A DNA stretch of 64,000 nucleotides from an uncultured Dorea sp. (GTDB lineage Bacteria; Bacillota; Clostridia; Lachnospirales; Lachnospiraceae), in the NCBI GenBank assembly GCA_910588745.1, contig CAJURK010000003.1, forward strand, positions 11,660-75,659, written 5' to 3'. A program made the translations under genes and the position numbers. Below the pieces are notes generated by a model. The model was not told where the DNA came from and did no database searches. It saw nothing but the letters and a program-made list of their open reading frames with translations. Positions 27,901 through 36,849 of the stretch are shown here, piece by piece. Each line of letters begins with the position of its first letter. The first letter of the stretch is position 1.

Positions 27901-28387
27901 TAATATCTATTTTCTGCTGGTAATACTCTTCTTTAAACTCCCAATTTATTTTATAATTATGAATCAGGGCGGCAAAATCAATCTCCTGCTCCTTCGTATC
28001 GAGCCTCTCTACTTTGACCGGAGCCTGTCCGTCAATTTTGGAATCGGCAGTAAAATTCCCCAACCCGTATTTACAGCTAATTCCATTCACAGTAAATACA
28101 AGCTCCGCCTCAAATTCCTTCAAATTCTCTATCACGATTTTCCCAAAAAAACCCGATTTCTTTGCGTTCTCCGCCTGGGTCTCCTGGTAGACGTCCGTGC
28201 GCTTGATTCCTGATGTAAGTTTCATGGAATATGCCTGATCTTTTGATTTCACAATCACGTTTAGACCTTCGACCGAATGTTTATAAGAAAACAGCCAGCC
28301 CTTTATGCGCAGTATATTATTTTCATATTCGCAGAAGTCTATTGCGTATTCTATTTTCAGTAACCGCCTTTTCACTTTAAAAACCAT
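24971..28387 (-). CDS. Giant multi-domain glycosyltransferase (N-terminal unknown domain, GT2 module, two GT-B modules)
   Basis: The GT2 module is IDIIVPIYNGYQFLNRLFETI...LILINDCSPDE...LVNSDVE. The middle GT-B module is IPSIWPETFSYTAEEVMKMGMPV. The C-terminal GT-B module is KPVYYDIDDFIFE...GYFSGTKTHNEDF...NLMPLEHTTFHSCKSENKWMEAALV. Start moved to ATG 28385-28387 (AGGAG 7 nt upstream, just after the upstream stop); the track start at 28465 would overlap the previous gene by 68 nt. Confidence 0.75.
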   Translation of the reverse strand: MVFKVKRRLLKIEYAIDFCEYENNILRIKGWLFSYKHSVEGLNVIVKSKDQAYSMKLTSGIKRTDVYQETQAENAKKSGFFGKIVIENLKEFEAELVFTVNGISCKYGLGNFTADSKIDGQAPVKVERLDTKEQEIDFAALIHNYKINWEFKEEYYQQKIDIIVPIYNGYQFLNRLFETIERTKMQYNLILINDCSPDERISPLLHEYADSRENVRLIENEKNQGFVRNVNKGLKFAKGHVALVNSDVELPALWLERLMLPILEDFSVASATPYTNCGIITSFPEIGQDNELPFGLSVDEIDEEFQKIVPKYLEMPTGVGFCMAMNRKAIDEVGELDAESFGMGYGEENDWCQRAIGKGYRNVHVENLFVYHKHGGSFHSEEKKRYMREHAEILERKHPDYPKQVARFFAIDENKDIRRLVKFLLTVKGRPEKIFAAIDHDLGGGASSYLAQKRNLSVDQGHAFVIIRYNFIQNYYPVVFYYGKEKTKLFVKEQMDIIKALEFLKPDELWVNELVTYPRIYEFMDRIREFAAGSSIVLKMLLHDYFAVCPTINLLDAKKQYCRIPEHGICRECFETCNPDLNEEYTSMDVWRSKWKEFLEACSSVVVFSKDSRKILEQVYGRLPSVELIPHQIGYMPNIQKKYKMSNAFTIGLLGVLTKHKGAEIIKELAAEIEKEGLNIRIKLIGTSAEKIESPVFSETGKYTRDSIPYLTLKEDVDIFLIPSIWPETFSYTAEEVMKMGMPVMCFDIGAPAERVSEYRRGIIIPEMTAGAILNEIKNRDMISDCQRLERKDKKVLFIAEENTFASRYRVEHLREQLLLQGIASERIMISQAPKCELRDFDSVVLYRGARVKLIQKLVKRARRLGKPVYYDIDDFIFEYDKIRNLSFLQGKDYRNFERYSGDIKKAMSLCDGYLVSTETLKKEAKMSFPGKPVYVNRNVASMAMFICSIGHGKEERKVQNKERIYLGYFSGTKTHNEDFESIKDVILQIMRKNEQVYLLIGGQIQLPEEFDEVKTRIERFKFVVWRNLPRLIAKADINLMPLEHTTFHSCKSENKWMEAALVGAPTVAAWNEEMERVISDGINGYLCKTDADWRANLQKLIDDQKLRKKIADAAYEKVCKSYTTFQMEQDVLKALIK

Positions 28388-28397
28388 ACATACACTC

Positions 28398-29489
28398 CTA
28401 TTTTTTCCTTCCAAATTGAAATATTTTCTCATAATCCGGCGCTTCAAATGTAATGGTAGACACATAACCGATAACTGTACAAATAGTTATCAGCACAAGG
28501 GACGCCGCCCAAAAATTTCTGGAAACCGCAGCAATCCACGAACTTCCCTGCAGCAGATTTGCTGCAATCACAAAATGCCACAGATAAATACCATACTGAT
28601 ATTTTGCAATAAACAAAATCGGTTTCATAACCAATGTATCTTCACGCAATCTAACGTTAGAAACTCCCCACATAACAAATCCCAGCAGTACAACCAGAAC
28701 GCTGTGCCATACATATCCCATCCAAGTATCCGTATATTTACCTGCCGGTTCCGGTATTAAAATCCAGGCGATTACCAAAACCATTCCTACAACAATACTG
28801 GTGTTCCGCCAAAAGAACTTCCCATCTTTTGCGGGCAGCGCCGCCAAAAACATTCCACCCATAAAATTATCCAGAGCAGAAAATAACTGTCTGCCATAAA
28901 TAAAATAATAAGAGGATTCCATTTGGATCTTTGGAAAAATGAAATGATATATTACCACTTTACACGCTACCGTAAAAATAACGGAACCTAAAAACGCCGC
29001 GGCTGCATTCTTCTTGACCAATCTGTACAGCAGCACAGAAACCAGATAAAATTGAGCAATCACCCCCATCGTCCACAAAACAGTACTGATGGAGCCGCAT
29101 GTAGACGGAAAAAAATTATGAATTAAAAACATATGTGTAAAAATATGAAATAATCCCCGGTTACTCAACATCGTTACCTGAGACGTTAAAAACATGATGA
29201 TAAGCAATGACATATAATACTGCGGAAGTATTCTAATAAACCGCTTTTTGTAAAACGGAAACAACTCAAAACTATTCGTATTCATTTTATAATCAATTGA
29301 TAAATAAATACCATATCCGCTAATCATAAAAAAGAGCGTTACCCCAACTTCGCCTCCGGCTGAAATCAAATCATGCAGCGCCGGATGTGAAACTGCATAT
29401 CCCTCGCCCATTAATACATAAAAGTGATAAACCAGAACAGATAGAATTGCCAGCGTTCTAAAAATATCAATTCCTCTATTTCTTCTCAT
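28398..29489 (-). CDS. Acyltransferase family 3 membrane protein (polysaccharide O-acetyltransferase-like)
   Basis: MRRNRGIDIFRTLAILSVLVYHF, then about 10 hydrophobic segments, typical of Acyl_transf_3. Start at ATG 29487-29489 (GGAGG 7 nt upstream). Confidence 0.85.
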   Translation of the reverse strand: MRRNRGIDIFRTLAILSVLVYHFYVLMGEGYAVSHPALHDLISAGGEVGVTLFFMISGYGIYLSIDYKMNTNSFELFPFYKKRFIRILPQYYMSLLIIMFLTSQVTMLSNRGLFHIFTHMFLIHNFFPSTCGSISTVLWTMGVIAQFYLVSVLLYRLVKKNAAAAFLGSVIFTVACKVVIYHFIFPKIQMESSYYFIYGRQLFSALDNFMGGMFLAALPAKDGKFFWRNTSIVVGMVLVIAWILIPEPAGKYTDTWMGYVWHSVLVVLLGFVMWGVSNVRLREDTLVMKPILFIAKYQYGIYLWHFVIAANLLQGSSWIAAVSRNFWAASLVLITICTVIGYVSTITFEAPDYEKIFQFGRKK

Positions 29490-29571
29490 AATTACACCTC
29501 CGCGCATTCCCTTTCTACTTTATGAGTAGTGACGAATCGCGATTTCCCACTCATCTACAAACGGCTTATCC

Positions 29572-30960
29572 CTATAAAATCCAATACCTCTGTATTAGCA
29601 AACACATAATATAAATATATATTCCCGCCTCCAAAATTACAAACGCCGTCCTGACTACTTTTTCGCCAGCATATAATTTTTGTGGTACCGCCAAAAATAA
29701 TAAACTGATAAATGGTAAATAATACCTTCCCTGCACCCCTCCTATATATGGTATCTGATACATTGCTTCTCTTATCTCATACGTACCTTCTACATACTCA
29801 CTCCCAAAAAGTGTTACCATAATCGTGTGATTCACCATGGACAAAGTAACAAATATACATAATAGCAGCATCGTACCTAATAGGATAAACACATCCCATT
29901 TTTTTAATTTTCGATGTTTATCAACATCATCCCTCTTCAACGCAAAAATGAATAGACAAACATAAACCAGTAGAACAGATGAAAAAGACATTGGACTATC
30001 AAGCCATCCCAAATTGCCCACTGTGGAAATCATTAAAAATTCTGTCCATGTACGTCCCGTTTCTCCAAGCAGATATAATCCCCTTCTCCATTCTACAATA
30101 AACCCATATACATTCTGGATATGCGTATTTCCCCTGAACAAATAAGCCATAACCAACCCTAATATAAGAATAATACAACCGGCTGGTACTCTTATTTTCT
30201 TTATACAGTTTTCATTTATCCTTATAAATCCCAGATTAATATCTATTTTTTCCAAAGGGATTATAAGCATAAGCAAAATAAGAAATACATACGGAACTTT
30301 GATATATGTTATGATCAGCCATGTAGAAAACAACACCGCAATATCCTTAAGACCCACAACATCTTTCTCATATTTCAGATAAAACACAAACGCCGTCAAA
30401 AAAAAGCACAGCGGAAGCAAAACCGAATCATATCCTATACTCCCAGCCTGATGTACAGACATGGGAAACAGCATGATGACTGCCATAACTTCTTTTTTTA
30501 ACGGCATAATTTTTAGGGAATAATAACATATGATTGTATAAAAAAGTAAACAACACAATTCCCCTAACTGCAAAGCAAAATATGACGGAACTCCCAGCAA
30601 TACGCCAAGAAGAATCCCTATAACAGCGGGAAAATGCTTAATTACAGAAGGATAAATCATATGCGGAAGCATATCCATCCTCTTATAATCAGGTTTTCTA
30701 AACAACATATTTTTGTATTCACCCAAATCTACTTTTTCGTCATAATTGTGTTCTATTCTGCCGTGAGGAATACCTATACTTTCATAAATATTCTCCGCAA
30801 AATCTTCTCTGCCTAAGGACGCCCCTATCATTCTAAGATGCGTATATTCGTCCGGTGTCTGCCATACAGGAACAGCAACCGATATCAAAATCCCAACGAT
30901 AAAAATATAAAGCGCAATTATTTTTTCCTTTTGCTTCAAGTCTATTTTCATAACGAACAA
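29572..30960 (-). CDS. Polytopic membrane protein, DUF2142-like (candidate GT-C type extracytoplasmic glycosyltransferase)
   Basis: 462 aa. VWQTPDEYTHLRMIG after the first helix matches the PDE..H motif I associate with DUF2142. More than 10 hydrophobic segments. Lies downstream of a GtrB-like GT2. Confidence 0.55.
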   Translation of the reverse strand: MFVMKIDLKQKEKIIALYIFIVGILISVAVPVWQTPDEYTHLRMIGASLGREDFAENIYESIGIPHGRIEHNYDEKVDLGEYKNMLFRKPDYKRMDMLPHMIYPSVIKHFPAVIGILLGVLLGVPSYFALQLGELCCLLFYTIICYYSLKIMPLKKEVMAVIMLFPMSVHQAGSIGYDSVLLPLCFFLTAFVFYLKYEKDVVGLKDIAVLFSTWLIITYIKVPYVFLILLMLIIPLEKIDINLGFIRINENCIKKIRVPAGCIILILGLVMAYLFRGNTHIQNVYGFIVEWRRGLYLLGETGRTWTEFLMISTVGNLGWLDSPMSFSSVLLVYVCLFIFALKRDDVDKHRKLKKWDVFILLGTMLLLCIFVTLSMVNHTIMVTLFGSEYVEGTYEIREAMYQIPYIGGVQGRYYLPFISLLFLAVPQKLYAGEKVVRTAFVILEAGIYIYIMCLLIQRYWIL

Positions 30961-30986
30961 TCCTTCTAACTAATATCCTATCTTTT

Positions 30987-31334
30987 TTACTTCTTATCCG
31001 CATTCTCTTTCTCGTGCAGGGCAAGTTCCTGCGCCAGCTGTTTTATCCGGATAGACATACGCGATACCGCTACCGTTAAAACAAAAATAATCACCAGCGA
31101 AAAACAAAATCCAAAAAAGAACAGCATGTTAACCGGACTCGCAATTCCAATTTTCCGTGCCATCCAGGCCATCAGTCCCGGAAAACAATCCAGCACCAGA
31201 ATCCCTACGCCCACAATCAGCCATGCCAGTGCATACCGCAGTTCCAGGTTCTTTGCCCGGATCATATTTATTATTACACAAATCGCTGTAACCACAATAA
31301 CTGCTATAATAACCTGAATCTTAATATTCATCAT
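30987..31334 (-). CDS. Small four-helix membrane protein, DUF2304-like
   Basis: MMNIKIQVIIAVIVVTAICVIINMIRAKNLELRYALAWLIVGVGILVLD. Typical partner of polyprenyl-phosphate GT2 enzymes. Start at ATG 31332-31334 (AGGTGG 5 nt upstream). Confidence 0.6.
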   Translation of the reverse strand: MMNIKIQVIIAVIVVTAICVIINMIRAKNLELRYALAWLIVGVGILVLDCFPGLMAWMARKIGIASPVNMLFFFGFCFSLVIIFVLTVAVSRMSIRIKQLAQELALHEKENADKK

Positions 31335-31343
31335 TTCAACCAC

Positions 31344-32036
31344 CTAATACTTTCTGATGCGTTCAATCATAATTGCCAGGGTAACCTTAATCATATAATA
31401 CACAGATTTCTTCATAGAAATCGAGGAAACCCCACCCTCCCTCTCTCTCATAATCACCGGAATTTCTTTCACTTTCATTTTTCTCCGCAGCACAGCCACA
31501 ACGCTCTCCGGTTCAGGATAATCCCTTGGATAGTCAACTGCAAAAAGCGCCATTGCATTCCGCCCTATCATACGGAGTCCAGACGTCGGATCCGTAATCC
31601 TGGTTCCTGTTAGTAAGTAAATCAAATAAGAAAAAAATACAATCCCGACCCTTCTAAGTCTGGAAGACTGAAATCCCTCTTTTTCTATGAACCTGGAACC
31701 AATGACCATATCCAGTCCGTGTTCCATCAGATGTTCCGCCATTATATTCAAAAACTCCGGATCATGTTGTCCGTCGCCATCAACCTGGACAGCTACATCA
31801 TACCCATGCTCCAGCGCATATCGGTATCCCGTCTGTACAGCTCCCCCGATTCCCAAATTAATCGGAAGGTTAATTACATTATACCCTTTACCCTCGCAGA
31901 TCTGCCTTGTATGATCCCCAGAACAGTCGTTGATGATAACATATTCAAAGCCAGCGGCATTTTCCTGGATAGACGTCACTGTTTTCTCAATATTGCTCTC
32001 TTCATTAAATGCCGGAATAATAATTAGTTTTCTCAT
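31344..32036 (-). CDS. Polyprenyl-phosphate glycosyltransferase (GT2, GtrB/CsbB/DPM1-like)
   Basis: MRKLIIIPAFNEESNIEKTV...VIINDCSGDHT...AVQVDGDGQHDPEF, with a C-terminal hydrophobic tail. Start at ATG 32034-32036 chosen by alignment logic; the track start at 32063 is possible. Confidence 0.8.
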   Translation of the reverse strand: MRKLIIIPAFNEESNIEKTVTSIQENAAGFEYVIINDCSGDHTRQICEGKGYNVINLPINLGIGGAVQTGYRYALEHGYDVAVQVDGDGQHDPEFLNIMAEHLMEHGLDMVIGSRFIEKEGFQSSRLRRVGIVFFSYLIYLLTGTRITDPTSGLRMIGRNAMALFAVDYPRDYPEPESVVAVLRRKMKVKEIPVIMREREGGVSSISMKKSVYYMIKVTLAIMIERIRKY

Positions 32037-32859
32037 TGCCTTGTCTCTTCTTTGCAGTTTCATCCAACTGATTAGACTGCTGCCCTTTCGAATACTGTTT
32101 TGTTAACGCCCGCGCAAACCATTTCGGCCAGAACTTACAGAACATTTCCAATTCCTCGTCGGTGCGTTTGTGTCCGCCTATCGCGGCTGTCGTCTCTGAA
32201 TCTGCATGAATTCTATGTCCCATGATCAGTTTCGGGATATATACAAATTCTCCCTTTAACCGGGACAACTTCTCCCATGCCTCCCAGTCCTCACAGGCGC
32301 GGTATCGGTTCTCGAATATCACGTCAGGCAGATTATTGGCGGCATAAGTCACCGACGGACAGCAAATCGGCGAACCAAATGAAAGTATCCTTCTTCGAAT
32401 CCACCGGCTGCCCCAGAGCGCCTGAATACGCAGCGGCATCAGCATCAATCTTTTAATGCACAAAAGCTTATTATTTCTTACACGTTTCCCATTCCTGATC
32501 TCATAATAATCGCCAAATATAATCAGCGGACGCTCCATCCCTTTTATAGACTGGAAAACCGCCGCAAGGTATCCCTTCTCATAGATATCATCCTGATGTG
32601 CTATTGTAATATAATCGCCATGGTACTTTTCCCTTGCACACCAATACCCAAAATTCCAGTCTTGTGTAATTCCGCCTTGTCCTTCATTGACTAAATATGG
32701 CAGATTGTATTTTTCTGCCATATTCTTAATATAAAGATTCGGGGTCGATGTAACGATAATAACCTTACTTTTTACAGTCTGATTTGTTAAAGAAACAATA
32801 CAATCCTCTAAATATGGACTTTCTTTATATGCACAGACTACAAATGTATGCTTATACAT
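32005..32859 (-). CDS. Glycosyltransferase (GT-A-like)
   Basis: 284 aa. HTFVVCAYKESPYLEDCIVSLTNQT...ITIAHQDD. The family assignment is weaker than for the other GT2 genes. Confidence 0.6.
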   Translation of the reverse strand: MYKHTFVVCAYKESPYLEDCIVSLTNQTVKSKVIIVTSTPNLYIKNMAEKYNLPYLVNEGQGGITQDWNFGYWCAREKYHGDYITIAHQDDIYEKGYLAAVFQSIKGMERPLIIFGDYYEIRNGKRVRNNKLLCIKRLMLMPLRIQALWGSRWIRRRILSFGSPICCPSVTYAANNLPDVIFENRYRACEDWEAWEKLSRLKGEFVYIPKLIMGHRIHADSETTAAIGGHKRTDEELEMFCKFWPKWFARALTKQYSKGQQSNQLDETAKKRQGNEKTNYYSGI

Positions 32860-32871
32860 ATCTCATTCCAC

Positions 32872-33864
32872 CTATCTATTCTCTTCTTTTAGCTTCCCTG
32901 CACGCCATCTTAAAAAGAAAGGGATCAATTGATTAATAATTTGATATCGAAACATCGGAAATGGACGCATCACAAAATTGAACAGTCCCCAACACACATA
33001 ATAAAACTCCCATCCTTCTTCCATGGCTTCCCTTCTCCACGGCGTTTTATGCAAATATTTATTATAACATGAACGGAACTTATGTCTATTTCCTTTTCTC
33101 CAAGGACGCTCTTCCCCCAGGTAATGAATAATCACCGGACTCTCAGTGGCCTTTTTGACGGTTGATTCACTATAGTAGTAATTGCTTTTCATTAATTTTT
33201 TTAAAACTTTATACGGATAAAGCCAATAAATATTATAAAAATTATACTGTGGTTCTAGATAATAGATCTGATCTTTCAGAGTCCCATTAATAGCGTCCTG
33301 ATCCGTCGCAGACAATTTTCCTTCATTATTTTTACAAAATTCTAAAATTTTCTTTCCTATTTCATTTTTTCTCCACAAACTCAGATTAATTAGAAGTACT
33401 CCTGAATTCACATATGGAATATCTTTCATCCCCAATAAGTTTTTACGATTTTTGTCAACTGTTGCTTCAATACAGGCTCCGACAATTTTTCCTTTCATAT
33501 CAGTTTCCCACAATTTTTCCAACGATCCTACATTGATTGTATCGCCATCAAGATAGATAACTCGTTCCACTTCTTCCGGAAGTAATTTGTCTATAAAAAG
33601 ACGTGCGAGAATAATGGAATTCCATCCTCCAGTATTACACTTAAAATCAAGATAGGTTTGTACACTGTCAATCGAAATTACTTCTATTTTTCGGTTATAT
33701 TTTAAACCTAATTTCTTATAGCCTTCAATACTCTTTCTAGACAAATTCTGACCGATAATATATATTGTAATCCGTTCCATATCCATATTATTCTCAAAAA
33801 CAGAACAAATTCCGGCTGCAACCTTCCCAGTGAACGCTTCATTCGTTGTATATACAATATTCAT
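32872..33864 (-). CDS. Family 8 glycosyltransferase (retaining, LgtC/RfaJ-like)
   Basis: 330 aa. NIVYTTNEAF...RVIYLDGDTI...NSGVLLINL...DQDAING, the GT8 motif series. Confidence 0.8.
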   Translation of the reverse strand: MNIVYTTNEAFTGKVAAGICSVFENNMDMERITIYIIGQNLSRKSIEGYKKLGLKYNRKIEVISIDSVQTYLDFKCNTGGWNSIILARLFIDKLLPEEVERVIYLDGDTINVGSLEKLWETDMKGKIVGACIEATVDKNRKNLLGMKDIPYVNSGVLLINLSLWRKNEIGKKILEFCKNNEGKLSATDQDAINGTLKDQIYYLEPQYNFYNIYWLYPYKVLKKLMKSNYYYSESTVKKATESPVIIHYLGEERPWRKGNRHKFRSCYNKYLHKTPWRREAMEEGWEFYYVCWGLFNFVMRPFPMFRYQIINQLIPFFLRWRAGKLKEENR

Positions 33865-33879
33865 CCCTCTTGTCTCCTT

Positions 33880-34749
33880 TTATTTGTTCGGCCTTTTATA
33901 TATTACTCCTTGTCCAAAATCTATATATCGAGGAGTGTGAGTTTTCCTTTGCTCAACCGGTGGTAATTCCAAATAATTTCCAAACTGCGACTTCAGGTAT
34001 TTATCTGCATCATTCAACATATTTATTTGTACGTCCTCAAACTGCATTTTCCTAAGTGGAAAAATCATTTTATGAGTACACATTATTTTCTCAGGATCAA
34101 AATACGAAAAATCTATATACAATTCTTCCTCGGTATTCTGATACCGTGTTGCCGCCTTTAAATACTGCCTATAAAAAAAGTCTTTTCTTAGATGCAGAAT
34201 CCGCAATACATAATGGATTCCTATACAGACAATCTTTGCCGCTTTTAAAAGTATACCATTTAAATTGCTCGGAAATTGTGGATGCTTGTATTTGCTAAGC
34301 ACACACAATCTTGCCCATATCCAGGTATCACGTATCTGCTTTTTCCTCTTTTTCGGGTCAGATGTCGTCTTATCATACGCAAATAAATCTAAAAAAATAC
34401 CAGTCGGCACGCGTGTATCAAATTCCCCATCTTCAATGATATAAGTATTTCTTTTACACATTTTAGAAAAAACCAGAACATATCCGTCTACCGTCCTGTT
34501 ATCATAAACCTCATATTTATCACTCAATTCTTTTCTAATAAAGTGAATAGCCTTATGATAATCACGCCTCAAAAGACAAATATCAATATCATCATCCCAC
34601 GGAATAAATCCGTTATGTCGAATCGTTCCAATTGCCGTCCCGCCCGAAGCAAAGTAAGGTATGTTATGTCTATCGCAAAGCGCCTGAAAATCTTTTAATA
34701 TTTCTAATTGAGTTTTCTGAAGTAGTTTTGTTGCTTCTTCATTATTCAT
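33880..34749 (-). CDS. LicD-family phosphotransferase
   Basis: 289 aa. LEILKDFQALCDRHNIPYFASGGTAIGTIRHNGFIPWDDDIDI is the diagnostic LicD block. Confidence 0.85.
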   Translation of the reverse strand: MNNEEATKLLQKTQLEILKDFQALCDRHNIPYFASGGTAIGTIRHNGFIPWDDDIDICLLRRDYHKAIHFIRKELSDKYEVYDNRTVDGYVLVFSKMCKRNTYIIEDGEFDTRVPTGIFLDLFAYDKTTSDPKKRKKQIRDTWIWARLCVLSKYKHPQFPSNLNGILLKAAKIVCIGIHYVLRILHLRKDFFYRQYLKAATRYQNTEEELYIDFSYFDPEKIMCTHKMIFPLRKMQFEDVQINMLNDADKYLKSQFGNYLELPPVEQRKTHTPRYIDFGQGVIYKRPNK

Positions 34750-34759
34750 ATTTTTCCCC

Positions 34760-35785
34760 TTAATTGTTGATTATTTTCTGCTTTAATTTAATTGCGGCAT
34801 ATGGAACCATATAGAGTTTATAATAAAACATCGTCCACAAAACAATAAAAAACAATCCTTCTTTTTTAATGCTCTGATAATTGTTTCTAAGTTTAAACGC
34901 ATTATGTTGTCTAAATCTTTTTAATACTGCTCTCTTTTCTCTCCATTTCAGTTTATCCTTTGCTAAAATTAAATAATCATAGATCGAATATATATACGTT
35001 TTCGCCAACCGCGAATGATATTTCCCATTTTGGCATGATATAAGACCATAGATTTTAGCTAATTTTATTTCCTCGTTCAGACATTTTTTCATAGATTCAA
35101 TATAATTCATATTAAACTTTCCAGTAGTGCTATGTTCCATTCGATTTTTCCATACATAATACACTTTGGGGTTCAGAACCATTGTATGAAATGACTGATA
35201 AGCCTTTAGATTAAACATCGTATCTTCATGCCCATATCTAATAAATTCATCAAACTGTATCTGGTAAGCTTGTATAAAGCTGCGTTTATACAAACCCGTC
35301 CATATACCGTTTCCCGTATTAGTAATCTCTGACTCATATTCCGGAAATTGACTCTTCTCAATAACCAGAAATGGAAATTCGTCCATCACTGAATCACGTA
35401 TAATCCTTCCATCTTTTGTTACAATCCTTCGCCTGCAATAACGCACAATATCTGCATCATACTTTTTCGCTAAAGCATAATTATCTTCAACCAAATTTTC
35501 CAAATACTCATCATCGTTATCGCAGAACCCAATATATTCACCGACAGCAAACTTGAGTCCCGTATTTCTCGCTGCCGATATTCCCCTATTTTCCTGATGA
35601 ATAACCATTACCCTGTTATCCATTGAAGCAATTTTATCGCACACTTTACCAGAAGCATCCTCTGAACCGTCGTTGACTAAGATCACCTGAATATCTTTCT
35701 CACTCTGATTCAAAATTGAACTTACTGCGCGTTCTACATATTTCTCTGAATTATATACTGGTACAATAATACTCACTAAAGGCAT
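34760..35785 (-). CDS. Family 2 glycosyltransferase
   Basis: MPLVSIIVPVYNSEKYVERAVSSILNQS...VILVNDGSEDAS...GFCDNDD. Start at ATG 35783-35785; the track start at 35866 would overlap the upstream gene by 58 nt. Confidence 0.85.
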   Translation of the reverse strand: MPLVSIIVPVYNSEKYVERAVSSILNQSEKDIQVILVNDGSEDASGKVCDKIASMDNRVMVIHQENRGISAARNTGLKFAVGEYIGFCDNDDEYLENLVEDNYALAKKYDADIVRYCRRRIVTKDGRIIRDSVMDEFPFLVIEKSQFPEYESEITNTGNGIWTGLYKRSFIQAYQIQFDEFIRYGHEDTMFNLKAYQSFHTMVLNPKVYYVWKNRMEHSTTGKFNMNYIESMKKCLNEEIKLAKIYGLISCQNGKYHSRLAKTYIYSIYDYLILAKDKLKWREKRAVLKRFRQHNAFKLRNNYQSIKKEGLFFIVLWTMFYYKLYMVPYAAIKLKQKIINN

Positions 35786-35808
35786 TTTATCACATCGCAA
35801 TCTTATTA

Positions 35809-36849
35809 TTAAAATTTGTTCAACATCTCTGTCACACCCTGATTCAAATCGTACTTTGGCTTCCAACCCAAACTACGCAATTTTTTATCACTAAGCAAAG
35901 AATTTTTAATCATTGAATAACCCTTACTTTCTATCTCTGCTGGAATATCAAATACAACTTCAACTCCTCCGCATTTAGCAAGCGCTTCTGCATACTCGCG
36001 TACGGAAGCTTCAGACTCGCTATTCGCAATATTATATGCCTGTCCCGCGCTTCCTTTCATTAAAACATAAATCATTGCGCTCACAGCATCCGCAACATAA
36101 CAATACGACCTTTTCTGCAGGCCTTCACTCTTCATTACAATATTACTTTTTCCAATTACATTACGTAAAAATTGCGCGTCGGCTCGGCTATTTTCGTCTG
36201 TAATCTGAGCGCCATAAATATATCCCGGTCGGACAATCTTAATATCCAGATCCTTTTCCTGCCCATAACATATGCACACTGTCTCTGCGCATCTTTTACT
36301 TTCTGAATAACAGGATCTTGAAACCAGAGTATTGATGCTGCCATACTCTGTCTCTACAAATCTTTCATTTGCAGTATCTGCATTTTTATCTCCATATATT
36401 TCTGATGTAGAAACATACACAATCTTTTTTACATTCGCTTTAACAGCGTATTCTAATATTTTCATAGTCCCTATTACATTGGTTTTTATCGTTTCTATAG
36501 GCTTTGTAGAATATGCCAGCGGATGGGCGTTGCTAGCTGTATGAAAAATATAATCGCACGGCTGGTCAAGCTCAAAATCGCAAACATCCTGACAGCAAAT
36601 ACTAAACTCATCGCTTCCCACATAATCTACAAATCTTTTTTCTGCTTTTTCCCTATTCCTGCATACAGCCTCTATATGATTATGAGTATCGTATTTCTTA
36701 TTAAAATGCATAAAAGCATCTACCAAATTTGATGCAACAAGCCCATTTGCTCCGGTAATTAGTATTCTACTGTTTACCGGCATAAATCCTCTTACATCCG
36801 TCCATATTTTATCAAATTCTCCTAATCCGTCGTTTTTCATTTTATCCAC
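35809..36849 (-). CDS. Extended SDR (NAD-dependent epimerase/dehydratase family, UXS-like). Candidate reductase partner of the cytidylyltransferase.
   Basis: 346 aa. ILITGANGLVASNL, TNVIGTMKILEYA, STSEIYGD, YSESKRCAE (YxxxK). Overlaps the upstream cytidylyltransferase gene by 13 nt. Confidence 0.7.
   Translation of the reverse strand: MDKMKNDGLGEFDKIWTDVRGFMPVNSRILITGANGLVASNLVDAFMHFNKKYDTHNHIEAVCRNREKAEKRFVDYVGSDEFSICCQDVCDFELDQPCDYIFHTASNAHPLAYSTKPIETIKTNVIGTMKILEYAVKANVKKIVYVSTSEIYGDKNADTANERFVETEYGSINTLVSRSCYSESKRCAETVCICYGQEKDLDIKIVRPGYIYGAQITDENSRADAQFLRNVIGKSNIVMKSEGLQKRSYCYVADAVSAMIYVLMKGSAGQAYNIANSESEASVREYAEALAKCGGVEVVFDIPAEIESKGYSMIKNSLLSDKKLRSLGWKPKYDLNQGVTEMLNKF

Noticed and set aside
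35809-36849. Calling the extended SDR outright as UDP-glucuronate decarboxylase (uxs) because ugd is in the locus
   Set aside because: The motifs are UXS-like. However, the gene overlaps the IspD/TarI-type cytidylyltransferase by 13 nt and sits next to LicD, which fits a CDP-alditol reductase equally well. No gene symbol was assigned.
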